Source of the DNA: an uncultured virus (IMG/VR IMGVR_UViG_3300003690_000004)
Lineage: Duplodnaviria; Heunggongvirae; Uroviricota; Caudoviricetes
Reading direction: 5' to 3' (one strand)
IMG/VR virus record: IMGVR_UViG_3300003690_000004
DNA length: 64,000 bases
In this document: positions 10,074-29,926 of the stretch, one piece after another
Numbering within the stretch: the first letter of the stretch is position 1
How the letters are laid out: each line of letters opens with the position of its first letter
Position numbers and translations under genes: made by a program
Notes under the pieces: generated by a model
Databases searched by the model: none
The model's input: only the letters and a program-made list of their open reading frames with translations
Told to the model about the DNA's origin: nothing

Positions 10074-10985
10074 ATGGTACAACAAACTTTGGAACAGATT
10101 CTTAATGTGGAGGCGGCTTCGGGCCCCTTCTCTACCGGTGATGCAGTCTTGGAGCAGACCCTCCGTGACTTCATTCAACTACAATCCACCACGATTGCGA
10201 TTGGAACGAAGGTTATCGGTACTCGCACTGTACCGTGGCTTGACTTCAAGTGGTACACCGGAGTTCAGGGTACTTTCTCGTACCCCCTCGATGATAACGC
10301 CATCGTTGACCCGACCAAGATTGGTACTGCGAGTTACACCACAAAACTCAACAAGGGACAGGGACGAGTGACCTTCCTCGATTCAGTCAGACTACGAGGC
10401 GAGTCGTGGGAGAACATTGACCGACAGCAGATGGGAGTCATACGCGCTCGCGCTGATTCAATAGACAACAAGATTCTAACCGACCTCTACGCAGGCGCAG
10501 GTCAAACACAGGCCGCAACTGCGATTTGGGGCACGGCTACTGCTGATGAAGAGTCCGACATCCTCGTGTCTATGGACCTAATCTTCGCTAACGCTCGTGT
10601 GTCGGGTGACGAGCCATTGGCTCTAATCCTCCCCGCAGACAAGAGAAGCGCCATGCTCAACACACAACTCTTCGGAAATGTGGTGGAGTCGCTACAAGCC
10701 CACTTGGGCCGCGTGGCAAGCCTAACGATTTACTACACCCGCGACTACGGGACCTCAAGTGCGCTCGGTGACGATGCACTGCTTCTAATCCCGGGTTCGG
10801 AAACTGCCGAGTTCTTCCAATACAACGGCCCCGGCTTCCAAGAAACGGAATTGACTCGACTACCGGGTGTTGGTTGGGATTGGCTTCTGACCTCCTACTT
10901 CGGTTCAGTTATCCATGAGATGCAGGACGGAGCGAGTAGCGGAACCAATAACCGCATCGTGAAGATTACCGGTGTGCGCTCGTGA
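10074..10985 (+). CDS. Major capsid protein (HK97 fold)
   Basis: 303 aa; synteny after protease and decoration genes; GAGGTGA ribosome-binding site; RARADSIDNKIL backbone-helix-like segment, ALLL and C-terminal IVKITGV pattern. Confidence 0.82.
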   Translation: MVQQTLEQILNVEAASGPFSTGDAVLEQTLRDFIQLQSTTIAIGTKVIGTRTVPWLDFKWYTGVQGTFSYPLDDNAIVDPTKIGTASYTTKLNKGQGRVTFLDSVRLRGESWENIDRQQMGVIRARADSIDNKILTDLYAGAGQTQAATAIWGTATADEESDILVSMDLIFANARVSGDEPLALILPADKRSAMLNTQLFGNVVESLQAHLGRVASLTIYYTRDYGTSSALGDDALLLIPGSETAEFFQYNGPGFQETELTRLPGVGWDWLLTSYFGSVIHEMQDGASSGTNNRIVKITGVRS

Positions 10986-11014
10986 TTACTGAATTGAAAT
11001 AGGAGAGGAAAACA

Positions 11015-11440
11015 ATGTCGCTAACTCAGAATAGGAAGTTTCAGGATTTCACCCGTGGAACATATACCTCGCTTTCTACTGATGGTGGAACAGGTGGAGC
11101 AGTCCCCCTTCTCTATCAGATGACGACTGTTGCTGGGGCTACCGGCAGTGTTACAATCACACTCGATAGGGCCTTTAGCGTTGTTGACGCTTGGGCTGTC
11201 GTCACCGGAGGCGCAGGAACCACTAGCGACACTTATCAACTCTTCAACAATGTGACGGCTATCAGTGACGCAGTTTCTATTGCATCTGCTGGTGATACCG
11301 ACATTGTTAGAATCGGTGAAATCAATGATGCAGTCTATCAGTTTTCCGCCGGGGGTACTTTGAAGGTAACTGTAACTGACGGCGGGGGTTCTGATATACC
11401 CGCGTTGCTCGTTTATGTCCTCGGCTATGCTAACCCCTGA
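11015..11440 (+). CDS. Virion structural protein (beta-rich, capsid-associated)
   Basis: Directly after capsid gene; AGGAGAGG ribosome-binding site; Thr/Gly/Val-rich. Confidence 0.55.
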   Translation: MSLTQNRKFQDFTRGTYTSLSTDGGTGGAVPLLYQMTTVAGATGSVTITLDRAFSVVDAWAVVTGGAGTTSDTYQLFNNVTAISDAVSIASAGDTDIVRIGEINDAVYQFSAGGTLKVTVTDGGGSDIPALLVYVLGYANP

Positions 11441-11453
11441 GTCGGGTGAATAA

Positions 11454-11819
11454 ATGGCAAAGCCGACCAAATCCTCAATTGCGTCCAAACTCAAGAGGGC
11501 GGGTATTCCCGTTCCTCAATCTGCTACTGTGACGGAAATGCAACATAGACTCAATCATTGGCTTCCCGGTGATGGTTGGCTTGTTAGATTGCTTCGCGCT
11601 TCTTCTCGGATGCCCGAACACCCTATCTCGTTACTCCCAAGCAAGGGCGAGATGTATTGGCTACCTAACAGCAAAATGGCACAGAAAATAATTGGTTCTC
11701 GCCTCGTTCTTGTGGTAGCCCGTACAGACAAACCTTCAAACGACGCAACCTTCGTTGATGTGCCAATAGATTACGCGGAGCGTTGGGAAAATGGCAGTAA
11801 CGACAAGTCAAATTCGTGA
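11454..11819 (+). CDS. Hypothetical basic protein
   Basis: 121-aa ORF in operon, GGTGA ribosome-binding site. Confidence 0.55.
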   Translation: MAKPTKSSIASKLKRAGIPVPQSATVTEMQHRLNHWLPGDGWLVRLLRASSRMPEHPISLLPSKGEMYWLPNSKMAQKIIGSRLVLVVARTDKPSNDATFVDVPIDYAERWENGSNDKSNS

Positions 11820-12225
11820 TATGCTGAATAGACCGAGAGGTCTGAATGAAGGCACTATCAGCGAATACCTCACAATTAGAGAGGCAGAAATCGCCAAGAT
11901 AAAGCGACAGGCCGATTATGTCGGAGTAACCTCAGCGAATGCTCCCTCAGATACTCTCGTTGATAACGCAGTCAAATTTATGGTCTGCGTGGATTGTCTG
12001 CGAATATTGATAGACACAATTCCAACATGGGTTCCCGAGAAGGAACAGGGTGTACAGGATATAAGATATCAACGGCAGTTATTGTCGTTTCAAGCGGCCT
12101 CAGATAAGGTCCTTGATGAAATAGCGGAGAAAGGCGGGACGGCTTTCATGGTCAAGGCTACCCCATCGAGAGTGGGCGCTACGCCAAGCGGAAGCCGACT
12201 TGCCGGTTCGTTAGACACAGATTGA
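11791..12225 (+). CDS. Putative head-tail adaptor-like protein
   Basis: Helical 144 aa; VTTSQIRDML N-terminus and position after the capsid gene resemble gp6/gp15-type adaptors. Confidence 0.45.
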   Translation: MAVTTSQIRDMLNRPRGLNEGTISEYLTIREAEIAKIKRQADYVGVTSANAPSDTLVDNAVKFMVCVDCLRILIDTIPTWVPEKEQGVQDIRYQRQLLSFQAASDKVLDEIAEKGGTAFMVKATPSRVGATPSGSRLAGSLDTD

Positions 12226-12245
12226 TACGAATTGAGTGAGAGAGT

Positions 12246-13643
12246 ATGGGTATAGTATATTGGAGTGGGGCCCTCACTACGGACCCCGATACCGCTGGAA
12301 ATTGGAGTGGGGGAGTACCAACCTCTTCTGATGATGTGGTTTTCGACTCCACATCTGATGGGAATAGAGATTGCGACCTTGAATTGGCTACCGTTCAATC
12401 AATCTCTTGGTTGAGTATGACCGTTGAAGATGACTTCGGAGAAGAGGTTAATTTCGGAGCCAGCACCGTTCTAACATTGACGGCCGGTGGATTAACTGCA
12501 AAGAAGGCAGGATGGTTAAGTGCCACAGACGAGGGAGCGAAAATATCCTTCACGGGTACGGCTCCCTTCACGGACAAGTTATCCGACGGTACGAATGGCT
12601 CCCTTTCGTACTATGTGAAATTCGTGGGGGGTGACGACGGCGATACGGAGTTAGATAATTCCCAAAATGAGAGCGGAATATTCGGGGGGGCTCCGATTAG
12701 CCCCGAGGATAACAGTCAAGTTAATAACCTTACAGAACGAGGTCGCTTCGTATTTGAGTACACACCCCAGCCCTCTGCCAAATTGGTCTTCGTGAATGGT
12801 GTTTATCCCGATATTTCAATTGTGAATCCCTCAAGCGGTACTGCGACGCTTTCGCCTACATTTTTCTACGCTACTTATGATGCAACCGAGATTGAAAGCA
12901 GGACTCACGACACTAACTACCCGAAGGTTCGTTTTCGTGATTTCTCAATCAATTCTAATGTTACAGTATCTCCCGATACAAAGTCATTCTTAGACTTCAA
13001 CACATGGTATGAAATTGCTGGGACACTAACTTTGAGCAGTGATACCTTCGATTGGGGCTATTCCACCCTTGAATTAATTCCTGCCCTCAGTGTTACATAT
13101 TTTCCCGCTAATGGAGAGGCACACTATGGGGGGTCAGACAATAAATTCAATGCCTCCTATCACAATCTCGTTATTTCCCCGGGCCCACAGGAAAATTTCG
13201 CCTTCTATCTCAAAGATGGAATGGTAATTGCGTGTAATTCATTGAGAATTGATGGAAAACTGTATGCGGTGGCTGTGTACGGCAGTACATCGTCGGCAGA
13301 AATTCATACCATAGAGCGTCCGGATATAAACGGCGATTGGAACTATCAACAAATCGCTGATGGGATATACCGAGCGAGAGGCACCCACCCCAAAGCGGGG
13401 GTACCCTCGGGAGGGACAGGACAAGAATTCGTTGAGGAATCAAGTCTGCTTTACGGGGACGGTCATAATGCGTTGGCGAAACTACCCATCGGCTCCGAGG
13501 GACAAGTGTTAACCGTCAGTAGTACAGCATTTCCGGAATGGGGGGAAGGTACAAGCGGTTCAGGGTGTGGGTTACTCGATATTGGCTCACTTTTGAATGA
13601 CCAAGATGTAACAATACACATGGGAAATCTGATATGCAGTTAG
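12246..13643 (+). CDS. Virion fibre/spike-like beta-rich protein
   Basis: AGNWSGGVPTSSDDVVFD motif; C-terminal GGTGQ...LLYGDG...LPIGSEGQVLTV fibre motif. Confidence 0.6.
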   Translation: MGIVYWSGALTTDPDTAGNWSGGVPTSSDDVVFDSTSDGNRDCDLELATVQSISWLSMTVEDDFGEEVNFGASTVLTLTAGGLTAKKAGWLSATDEGAKISFTGTAPFTDKLSDGTNGSLSYYVKFVGGDDGDTELDNSQNESGIFGGAPISPEDNSQVNNLTERGRFVFEYTPQPSAKLVFVNGVYPDISIVNPSSGTATLSPTFFYATYDATEIESRTHDTNYPKVRFRDFSINSNVTVSPDTKSFLDFNTWYEIAGTLTLSSDTFDWGYSTLELIPALSVTYFPANGEAHYGGSDNKFNASYHNLVISPGPQENFAFYLKDGMVIACNSLRIDGKLYAVAVYGSTSSAEIHTIERPDINGDWNYQQIADGIYRARGTHPKAGVPSGGTGQEFVEESSLLYGDGHNALAKLPIGSEGQVLTVSSTAFPEWGEGTSGSGCGLLDIGSLLNDQDVTIHMGNLICS

Positions 13644-13648
13644 GATAG

Positions 13649-14506
13649 GTGAAAATGTTGAATCAAGAGGAAGCGGAGTCAATAATTGAGGTAATCAATG
13701 AACGGGCCACAGAATTACGCTCCCTTATCATCACTGTGGGTTCTATCATCGCTATACTGATGCCAGCCGTCGAAATGGTGGGTATTCTCGATATTACACC
13801 TTACGGCCGGGGTGACGATGAGTGGATAACAGATGATGATTGGGAATATGAATCCGACTTTGAGTGTGGGGATGGTAACACCATTCAAGCCTCTTTGGTA
13901 AATGATGGCTACAAGAATTGTAGAGATGGGAGCGACGAGCCCGAGGAAGAGGCCGAGGAAGAGAACAACACAGTGATTCGACCCCCCGAAGGATGCACCG
14001 ACCCAAACGCAGACAACTATAATGAATCAGCCGAGGAAGATGATGGCTCCTGTGAATATGCAGGCGACCAAACCTCCTACGGTTGCACAGATGAGAACGC
14101 CTCAAACTATGATGAGTGGGCCGAAGAAGACGATGGCTCGTGTGAATATGACGCAACGATACATATAGATTGTGGTTGTCGTCCGGAGATGTGGGATGCG
14201 TTTTGGACCTATGATAACCAAACCGACAATATGACTCTTACTTGGGATGCTGATTTAACCTGTGATGTTCCACATAATCTAACCGTGATTTGGACTTTCT
14301 ACTACAACAATACTACCACCAATGAAACGGGAGAGTGGGCCGGGATTCAAGAAACGATGACCTATGAAACTATCTACCAAGATTGGGATTATGTTAATCT
14401 CTCGATTGAGGGTCTTGCTCCCGGCAGATACGACATATTCTCTACCTTTGAATTAGACGATAATTACTATCGAGGGACCGATTGGTATAATGTACAGGTG
14501 GGATGA
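13649..14506 (+). CDS. Membrane-anchored acidic surface protein with LDLa-like module and two GCTD repeats
   Basis: N-terminal hydrophobic helix; CGDG..I....VNDGYKNCRDGSDE; GCTDPNADNYNESAEEDDGSC and GCTDENASNYDEWAEEDDGSC. Confidence 0.75.
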   Translation: MKMLNQEEAESIIEVINERATELRSLIITVGSIIAILMPAVEMVGILDITPYGRGDDEWITDDDWEYESDFECGDGNTIQASLVNDGYKNCRDGSDEPEEEAEEENNTVIRPPEGCTDPNADNYNESAEEDDGSCEYAGDQTSYGCTDENASNYDEWAEEDDGSCEYDATIHIDCGCRPEMWDAFWTYDNQTDNMTLTWDADLTCDVPHNLTVIWTFYYNNTTTNETGEWAGIQETMTYETIYQDWDYVNLSIEGLAPGRYDIFSTFELDDNYYRGTDWYNVQVG

Positions 14507-14617
14507 TTAAGAATGACCCTACGCTATCAGATGCAACGATTCATCGCTTTTCTCTATAACATAATCCCCCTATGGTGGTTCAAGAGGTGGTATTGGGACA
14601 TTTGGAGGCATAAGTGA

Positions 14618-24492
<9,875 letters not shown>

Positions 24493-24496
24493 TTGA

Positions 24497-25048
24497 ATGG
24501 TGATGCCGGGAGTTATTGGGTGTATCGCACAACAAGAGGCGGCGGCCACGGGTCCTACGGGAGTATCGGTAGCCACTTCTGCGTCGGGTAACTACGACGA
24601 GGCTTTTCTATGCTATCGAGTGGGAACCGTAGCACAGGTCTTTGAAACAGGGTCTAATTTCTCAAGTGGTTCAGCCTCCGCAACTATCCCATATTCGGAT
24701 TTTCAATCAGACCGAGATAGGTCTATCGCGTTTGGGTGTTACTGCCGGGCCACCACATCGGGAGGAACTATGACCTATGATTGGGATATCGCGGAGTATA
24801 GTGCCTTCGCTACGGGCTCCCTTCAAACTTCTGTCTCCTACAACAACCAGCAAGATAATATCGTCGTTGATGTTCCTTCTCCACCTACCGGACAACCCGA
24901 TACTACCACAGGAATAGGACCCTTCATTCTATTCGGGTCGGCCCCCTCATTATCAGATGCGGGAACATTCATAATCTCGTGTGAAGTAACCGATAACAAC
25001 GGAACGGTGAAATCAAATGAATTAGATGTCGTAATGACCTTTGGATGA
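24497..25048 (+). CDS. Putative fibre-tip/adhesin partner protein
   Basis: Follows fibre gene; N-terminal MPGVIGCIAQQ anchor-like peptide, short ATGPTG remnant, beta-rich body. Confidence 0.5.
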   Translation: MVMPGVIGCIAQQEAAATGPTGVSVATSASGNYDEAFLCYRVGTVAQVFETGSNFSSGSASATIPYSDFQSDRDRSIAFGCYCRATTSGGTMTYDWDIAEYSAFATGSLQTSVSYNNQQDNIVVDVPSPPTGQPDTTTGIGPFILFGSAPSLSDAGTFIISCEVTDNNGTVKSNELDVVMTFG

Positions 25049-25229
25049 TACTATGCCTCAAACTATTAATTATCTCAAATCGTATTGGTCCCGTCGTTGG
25101 GGCCATATAATAGACAGCGATATTATCACCGATGTTGAATGCTCCACTTGCGGGACCGTCTTCTCTCCCCACACATACGCGCAGGCTAAAGCATTTGATT
25201 CAGCGGTCTATGATTGCGATTGCTTATAG
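25041..25229 (+). CDS. Small Cys-rich (Zn-ribbon) protein
   Basis: CSTC...CDC; overlaps upstream stop. Confidence 0.45.
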   Translation: MDDTMPQTINYLKSYWSRRWGHIIDSDIITDVECSTCGTVFSPHTYAQAKAFDSAVYDCDCL

Positions 25230-25252
25230 CACTGAGGAAAGGGGGGAAAATC

Positions 25253-26845
25253 ATGGTGAGTGAAACGGGTGTATGGACCCTCGATGAAGCCAAAGAGATG
25301 CACGGCGACAGCGAAAGACTCGCTCATAGATTAGCGTCATTTTTTCCTCGTGGAATTCCTGTTATAGATGCCGGATGCGGAACAGGAAACTACGCGCGAA
25401 TTCTTGAGGAACAGGGCTTTGTTGTAACAGGTATAGAAGGCACAGTGGGAATTGAGGAAATTGCCGTTTGTTCTATCATACACGAACAGGACCTTACTCT
25501 TCCATTGAATTATCCTCCATCCTCCGTTTTATGCCTTGAGGTTGGAGAACACATTCCTCTAAAGCACGAGCAACAATTCTTGGAAAATCTCAACAATCTG
25601 TGTGACCGACGCCTCATTCTATCATGGGCGATACCGGGACAGGGCGGACATTATCATGTGAATGAGAGGACCAATGAGTACATCATCAAGAGAATGGAGG
25701 GTTTTGGACTTTATCTGCATCATGCTGATACGGCTACACTAAGAGAGGATATTGAAGTTGACTTTTGGTGGTTCAAACATAGCCTCATGGTCTTCGATAG
25801 GGGCCCCAAAATAGGATTAGCCATGATTGTGAAGGACGAATCGAAGACTATTGAGAGGTCGGTTTCTTCTGCTCTGCCCTTCGTTGACTGTGCGGTTATC
25901 AATTACTCAGGAACAATTGATGATACCGTGGAGATAGGAAGAGCGGTTTTCGGGGATGTCCCTAATGAGTGGATAGAGCCGGAATGGAAGGGAGCCGCAG
26001 ATGCCTACAATTTGTGCATCAATAGACTTCGTGAATTGGGGTGCCATTGGATTATCAGATTGGATGCAGACCAAGAAATCGGTGGTGAATTACCACAGTT
26101 TGAAAATTTCTGTGATGTGGAGGGAATTAGCATTCCTGTGCTGGATGAAGAAGGAGGTTTCACCTGCTCACGACCGTTCATTTTCAGACCTACATCACAA
26201 TATAGAGGGGTTAGGCACGAGGGCCTGTGGTGTAATGGAATATGGAACGACGACTCCTTAACAATCGTGCATCACGACGATAGCGGAGCAAGACCCCGAA
26301 CCACAGCCACCTATCTATCTGATTTTGACGCCATGAAACAGGAGTACCCTTCTGAATTGGATAACCCTCTATCTCGACGCTACACATTCTACATGGCACA
26401 ATCACTCAAGGATGGTGAAAATATGGAGGAAGCGGTGTTATGGTACAGGGCGAGAACATTGATGGGAGGCTTCAAAGAGGAAGTGGCGATTTCATACAAG
26501 GAGATAGCATACATTCTCAACACGATAGAGGCTTGGATTAATGCACTAAGAAGGGCGACTCACAGACCCGATGTGTCTTTCGGAGCATTGAAGTTTGCTC
26601 TTTCCGAGAGTCCCACCAATCAACGACTCATTCTCAACCACATTGACTGCACGAAATGGGAAGCACGACTCATGTTCCAAGACGACGCATTCCATTGGAA
26701 GGCTCTTGATATGCTCGCTATAATCCACCAGCGAATCGGTGAAGAAGAAGAAGCGAGAAAAATATGGAGAGGGCTCACGACATGGACCGAAATACCGGTT
26801 GAAGACCTTGAGAGAATCGGAGTATCATTGAAGGAGAGTTTGTGA
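25253..26845 (+). CDS. SAM-dependent methyltransferase-GT2 glycosyltransferase-TPR fusion
   Basis: DAGCGTG motif I and CLEVGEH; GT-A fold MIVKDESKTIERSV, DAD motif (RLDADQ), GVRHE; helical C-terminus beginning RYTFYMAQSLKD. Confidence 0.85.
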   Translation: MVSETGVWTLDEAKEMHGDSERLAHRLASFFPRGIPVIDAGCGTGNYARILEEQGFVVTGIEGTVGIEEIAVCSIIHEQDLTLPLNYPPSSVLCLEVGEHIPLKHEQQFLENLNNLCDRRLILSWAIPGQGGHYHVNERTNEYIIKRMEGFGLYLHHADTATLREDIEVDFWWFKHSLMVFDRGPKIGLAMIVKDESKTIERSVSSALPFVDCAVINYSGTIDDTVEIGRAVFGDVPNEWIEPEWKGAADAYNLCINRLRELGCHWIIRLDADQEIGGELPQFENFCDVEGISIPVLDEEGGFTCSRPFIFRPTSQYRGVRHEGLWCNGIWNDDSLTIVHHDDSGARPRTTATYLSDFDAMKQEYPSELDNPLSRRYTFYMAQSLKDGENMEEAVLWYRARTLMGGFKEEVAISYKEIAYILNTIEAWINALRRATHRPDVSFGALKFALSESPTNQRLILNHIDCTKWEARLMFQDDAFHWKALDMLAIIHQRIGEEEEARKIWRGLTTWTEIPVEDLERIGVSLKESL

Positions 26846-27399
26846 TGTTGGAACACCCCCAATGGCTCCTATACGCTAACGCTCTCTCCGATGAAGAGTG
26901 TGACGATTGGTTGGCATTAGGAAGAACCGTAGATTCTCAAGACGCGACGACATTTGGAGGGCACGGTGAGAGCATACGCAAGACGAAGGTTAGGTGGTTA
27001 CAAGACATACCCCCCTTTCGTGAAATTCACACCAAATTAAGAGAGATAGTACACGAAGCCAACAAGCACTTCAATGTTAATCTCAGTCACCTCCCCCCCC
27101 TCCAATTCACTGAGTATGCAGATGTGGGGCACCACTATGGGGCCCACCAAGACATTGATTGGGCCCGTCAAGACGAGTTTCACAGGAAGTTAAGTATTAC
27201 TGTGCAGTTAAGCGACTCAGATGATTACACAGGGGGAGATTTCACCTTTGGTCATCACCAAAACCCGTCTGCTGAAATGACCCGACAACGAGGGACCATT
27301 CTCGTGTTTCTCTCCTATCAAGAGCATTCTGTTTCACCAATTCTAAGCGGTTCTCGCACTTCAATAGTGGGGTGGTATGAAGGTCCACGATGGCAATAA
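26842..27399 (+). CDS. 2OG-Fe(II) oxygenase (PKHD/prolyl-hydroxylase-like)
   Basis: HQD (HxD), RKLSITVQLSD..DYTGGDF, H-S-V-S-P...G-S-R, WYEGP. Confidence 0.92.
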   Translation: MMLEHPQWLLYANALSDEECDDWLALGRTVDSQDATTFGGHGESIRKTKVRWLQDIPPFREIHTKLREIVHEANKHFNVNLSHLPPLQFTEYADVGHHYGAHQDIDWARQDEFHRKLSITVQLSDSDDYTGGDFTFGHHQNPSAEMTRQRGTILVFLSYQEHSVSPILSGSRTSIVGWYEGPRWQ

Positions 27400-27432
27400 T
27401 TTATCAGACAGTAATTCACCCCTGAAATCGTT

Positions 27433-27783
27433 ATGGGCGAATCGCTTAAGGATATACTCATAATGCTCTGTATTTGTGTATTGTTACCAATGACTACCAT
27501 AGGTCCGGCAATTTCAGTGGGTATAATAAATCCAACAGAATGTTACACAACGGAGGGAGAGATAATAGGGAAGGACATTGAAGGTGGTGCGTTGGTCCTG
27601 TATGTGAAATTAGACTACGATTCAGAGGATTTAGGGTATCGTGTTTATGTAACTCCGGAAACCTACGCAGAATATGAGGTGGGGTACACCTTCTCTGAAC
27701 GGACCTGTGACCTTATCGAATACCAAGAAATCAGAGAGATACTTGAAGACCTGTTATCATGGGGAATAGTGGAGGAAGTATAA
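27433..27783 (+). CDS. Membrane-anchored or secreted small protein
   Basis: N-terminal hydrophobic segment ILIMLCICVLLPM; TTTATC box upstream near 27400. Confidence 0.55.
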   Translation: MGESLKDILIMLCICVLLPMTTIGPAISVGIINPTECYTTEGEIIGKDIEGGALVLYVKLDYDSEDLGYRVYVTPETYAEYEVGYTFSERTCDLIEYQEIREILEDLLSWGIVEEV

Positions 27784-27956
27784 TGCGTGGCGGAAAAATT
27801 GTGTATCAACCACCCGAAAAGTCCTACACCAACATAAACATTGAAGAAACACCCCACGGGTACATGATTTATCGAAAGGGAGCCGACAGACCCTTTACAG
27901 TCATTCCACACTCAGCCATGAAGCAAATAATTTACGATAGGGAGGATGAGAGATAA
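27783..27956 (+). CDS. Small hypothetical protein
   Basis: TAATG coupling at both ends. Confidence 0.5.
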   Translation: MRGGKIVYQPPEKSYTNINIEETPHGYMIYRKGADRPFTVIPHSAMKQIIYDREDER

Positions 27957-28219
27957 TGGAGATACAGGGAGTTGAATTAGAGATATGGCTTGGGTTATTG
28001 ACGGCAGTTTTGGCGTTTGGTATATGGGCGTTGAGGCGATATCAAGCAGTACAGGCTGATGGCAAAATCACTCTTGACGAGGTGATTGATACCATAGACG
28101 AATCCGAAGAATTGATTGACGAAATCGTTAATGAAGTCGAAAAAGTAGTAACTGCTCGGAAATGTAGTATCTGTGGCGAAACGGGGCATGACCGGAGGAA
28201 GTGTCCTCAGAATGAGTGA
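27956..28219 (+). CDS. Small membrane protein with C-terminal CCHC zinc knuckle
   Basis: Hydrophobic helix IWLGLLTAVLAFGIWAL; DGKITLDE; CSICGETGHDRRKC. Confidence 0.7.
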   Translation: MEIQGVELEIWLGLLTAVLAFGIWALRRYQAVQADGKITLDEVIDTIDESEELIDEIVNEVEKVVTARKCSICGETGHDRRKCPQNE

Positions 28220-28463
28220 TTTAGCCGTAGTGAGTATTAGGCTCGATAGTGTCGAGTCTAAGGTTGATAAGCACGAAGAGATTCTTCAACGGTTGGCGGA
28301 CCAACACAACGATATGCAGATTGGGATTGCAGAGGTCGCCACGGAGGTTCGCATGACTAATGAGTTATTGGAGAGGTTTATGACTTCACAGCAGAAAATA
28401 GTCATGGCGCTAATTGGGCTTGTTGGTGCTGTTGTGGTGGGGGCTAACTATGTCGTTGGGTGA
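28212..28463 (+). CDS. Coiled-coil protein with C-terminal membrane helix
   Basis: Heptad pattern followed by IVMALIGLVGAVVVGA. Confidence 0.6.
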   Translation: MSDLAVVSIRLDSVESKVDKHEEILQRLADQHNDMQIGIAEVATEVRMTNELLERFMTSQQKIVMALIGLVGAVVVGANYVVG

Positions 28464-28681
28464 GCCTCGTGCCGAGTGTTGATGACCGATTGTATGATAT
28501 CGCCCTCCGACTTCATCGTGTGGAAAACCGATTGAAAACAGCAGAATGGTTGGACCTTGACCGTCCGAACCTTGAAAAGACGCTCGATGCCTTGAAGAAA
28601 CGACAGGAGCGGATGCTATTACTATGGTTCGGTATTTTCATGGCGGTGTTGAAAGATGACCTACTACTGTTCTTCGGCTGA
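28460..28681 (+). CDS. Coiled-coil protein with C-terminal membrane helix
   Basis: GTGA overlap with upstream stop; MLLLWFGIFMAVL. Confidence 0.5.
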   Translation: MSLVPSVDDRLYDIALRLHRVENRLKTAEWLDLDRPNLEKTLDALKKRQERMLLLWFGIFMAVLKDDLLLFFG

Positions 28682-29192
28682 TGTTGGAATGCGTCTTGGG
28701 CTAAATAGCGCCCAGCGTGATGCGGCCTCCACACGACTTACATCTGCAATTTTGAGAGCCGCTATCGAGATTGACCAAACCTTCCGAGATTACGGCCGCG
28801 ACACCCCCTCCAAGAGTATAGCAGAAACGACGCTGAACGGCTCCATTTCTGCCGGTGCTACCACGATAACCCTAACCGACGGTTCGGCCTTCAATAGCGC
28901 CGCAAATGGTGATATAGACGGTGATTCGTTCGCATGGACGGCGAGAAGTACCAATGACCTCACAGGATGCACCGGAATTAGCGCAGACCACGCTACGGGA
29001 GTAACCGTTTCAGAGGGTGAAATGGCTCATATTCTGAGGCAGGTTTGTGCTGATTTAGCAGGGGCGATTTACTATGAGGACGAATCCACCTTTCAAACAG
29101 GGGTACCCGTAGGAGGAATGAGAGGAACAATGCTTCGGGAGAAAGGGACCCAACACCTCCTTCGGTTAGCCCATCTTGGTTCGGTTGATTGA
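28656..29192 (+). CDS. Head-tail connector (gp6/gp15-like) with inserted beta domain
   Basis: YCSSADV N-terminus, A..EID, LRQVCADLA; central TTLNGSISAGATTITL...LTGCTG...H insertion. Confidence 0.65.
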   Translation: MTYYCSSADVGMRLGLNSAQRDAASTRLTSAILRAAIEIDQTFRDYGRDTPSKSIAETTLNGSISAGATTITLTDGSAFNSAANGDIDGDSFAWTARSTNDLTGCTGISADHATGVTVSEGEMAHILRQVCADLAGAIYYEDESTFQTGVPVGGMRGTMLREKGTQHLLRLAHLGSVD

Positions 29193-29926
29193 GGGATTCT
29201 ATGGTCAAATGGATTTATGCTAAGCGCCCCCGGGAAGTACCAACCCCGAAAAAGGCGTCCACTACTCCCACAATTTCATTTCTTACCTATCCCGATATGG
29301 GAAAAACAGTCGAGTTTATGGCTAAGGAATTGGGCGATGAAGTGGTTAAAATAATTCAGCGTGTATTCATGGAAGAAGGAGAGGCCGAGAAGAAGCGCAC
29401 TCAGGCCCGTTTGATGACTGCCTCCAATTATGCAGACGACATTTATCAGCGGGTCAAGGATAATGTGCATTATGCGATTTTTGAGGGTGCAGATAGTGGG
29501 GGGCGTAGTGGCGCAGACACTTTCACCCTCCGTTTTGGGTATGGAGAGGACTTTGAGGGATTCATGTCTGAATCTCGTGACCCGGGAGAGAATATCGCCA
29601 AAATATTCCATCTTGGTAAAAATAAAGCGAGGGAGAGTAAGGCCCTCAAAGCCGATATGTTCGTAAAGGGACAGGCAGGAGCCACGCACTACTTCGGAAA
29701 TCAGTGGTCCCCCGGGTTCTCATTCAAGAGCGCACGAAACATTAAACTCAAGGCTGGCTTCGTCAGTCCGGAGATGCCAGCGAGGCCACGCTTCTTGGAG
29801 AGAGCGATGTCTAATTTGGAGGAACGGATTGGACCCCGAATCCGTAACGAAATCAAGATTGCCTACACAGACACGATTGGGCCCGTGATTGAGCCACAGG
29901 GAGGCATGAAGGAGGTGTCGCCGTAA
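29189..29926 (+). CDS. Putative neck/tail-completion protein (HK97 gp10-like)
   Basis: Synteny; PEMPARPRFLERA motif near the C-terminus. Confidence 0.55.
   Translation: MRDSMVKWIYAKRPREVPTPKKASTTPTISFLTYPDMGKTVEFMAKELGDEVVKIIQRVFMEEGEAEKKRTQARLMTASNYADDIYQRVKDNVHYAIFEGADSGGRSGADTFTLRFGYGEDFEGFMSESRDPGENIAKIFHLGKNKARESKALKADMFVKGQAGATHYFGNQWSPGFSFKSARNIKLKAGFVSPEMPARPRFLERAMSNLEERIGPRIRNEIKIAYTDTIGPVIEPQGGMKEVSP

Noticed and set aside
25253..25800. DNA methyltransferase
   Set aside because: Has a class I SAM motif but no DPPY, NPPY or PC catalytic motif; fused to a glycosyltransferase, so a sugar or small-molecule methyltransferase is more likely
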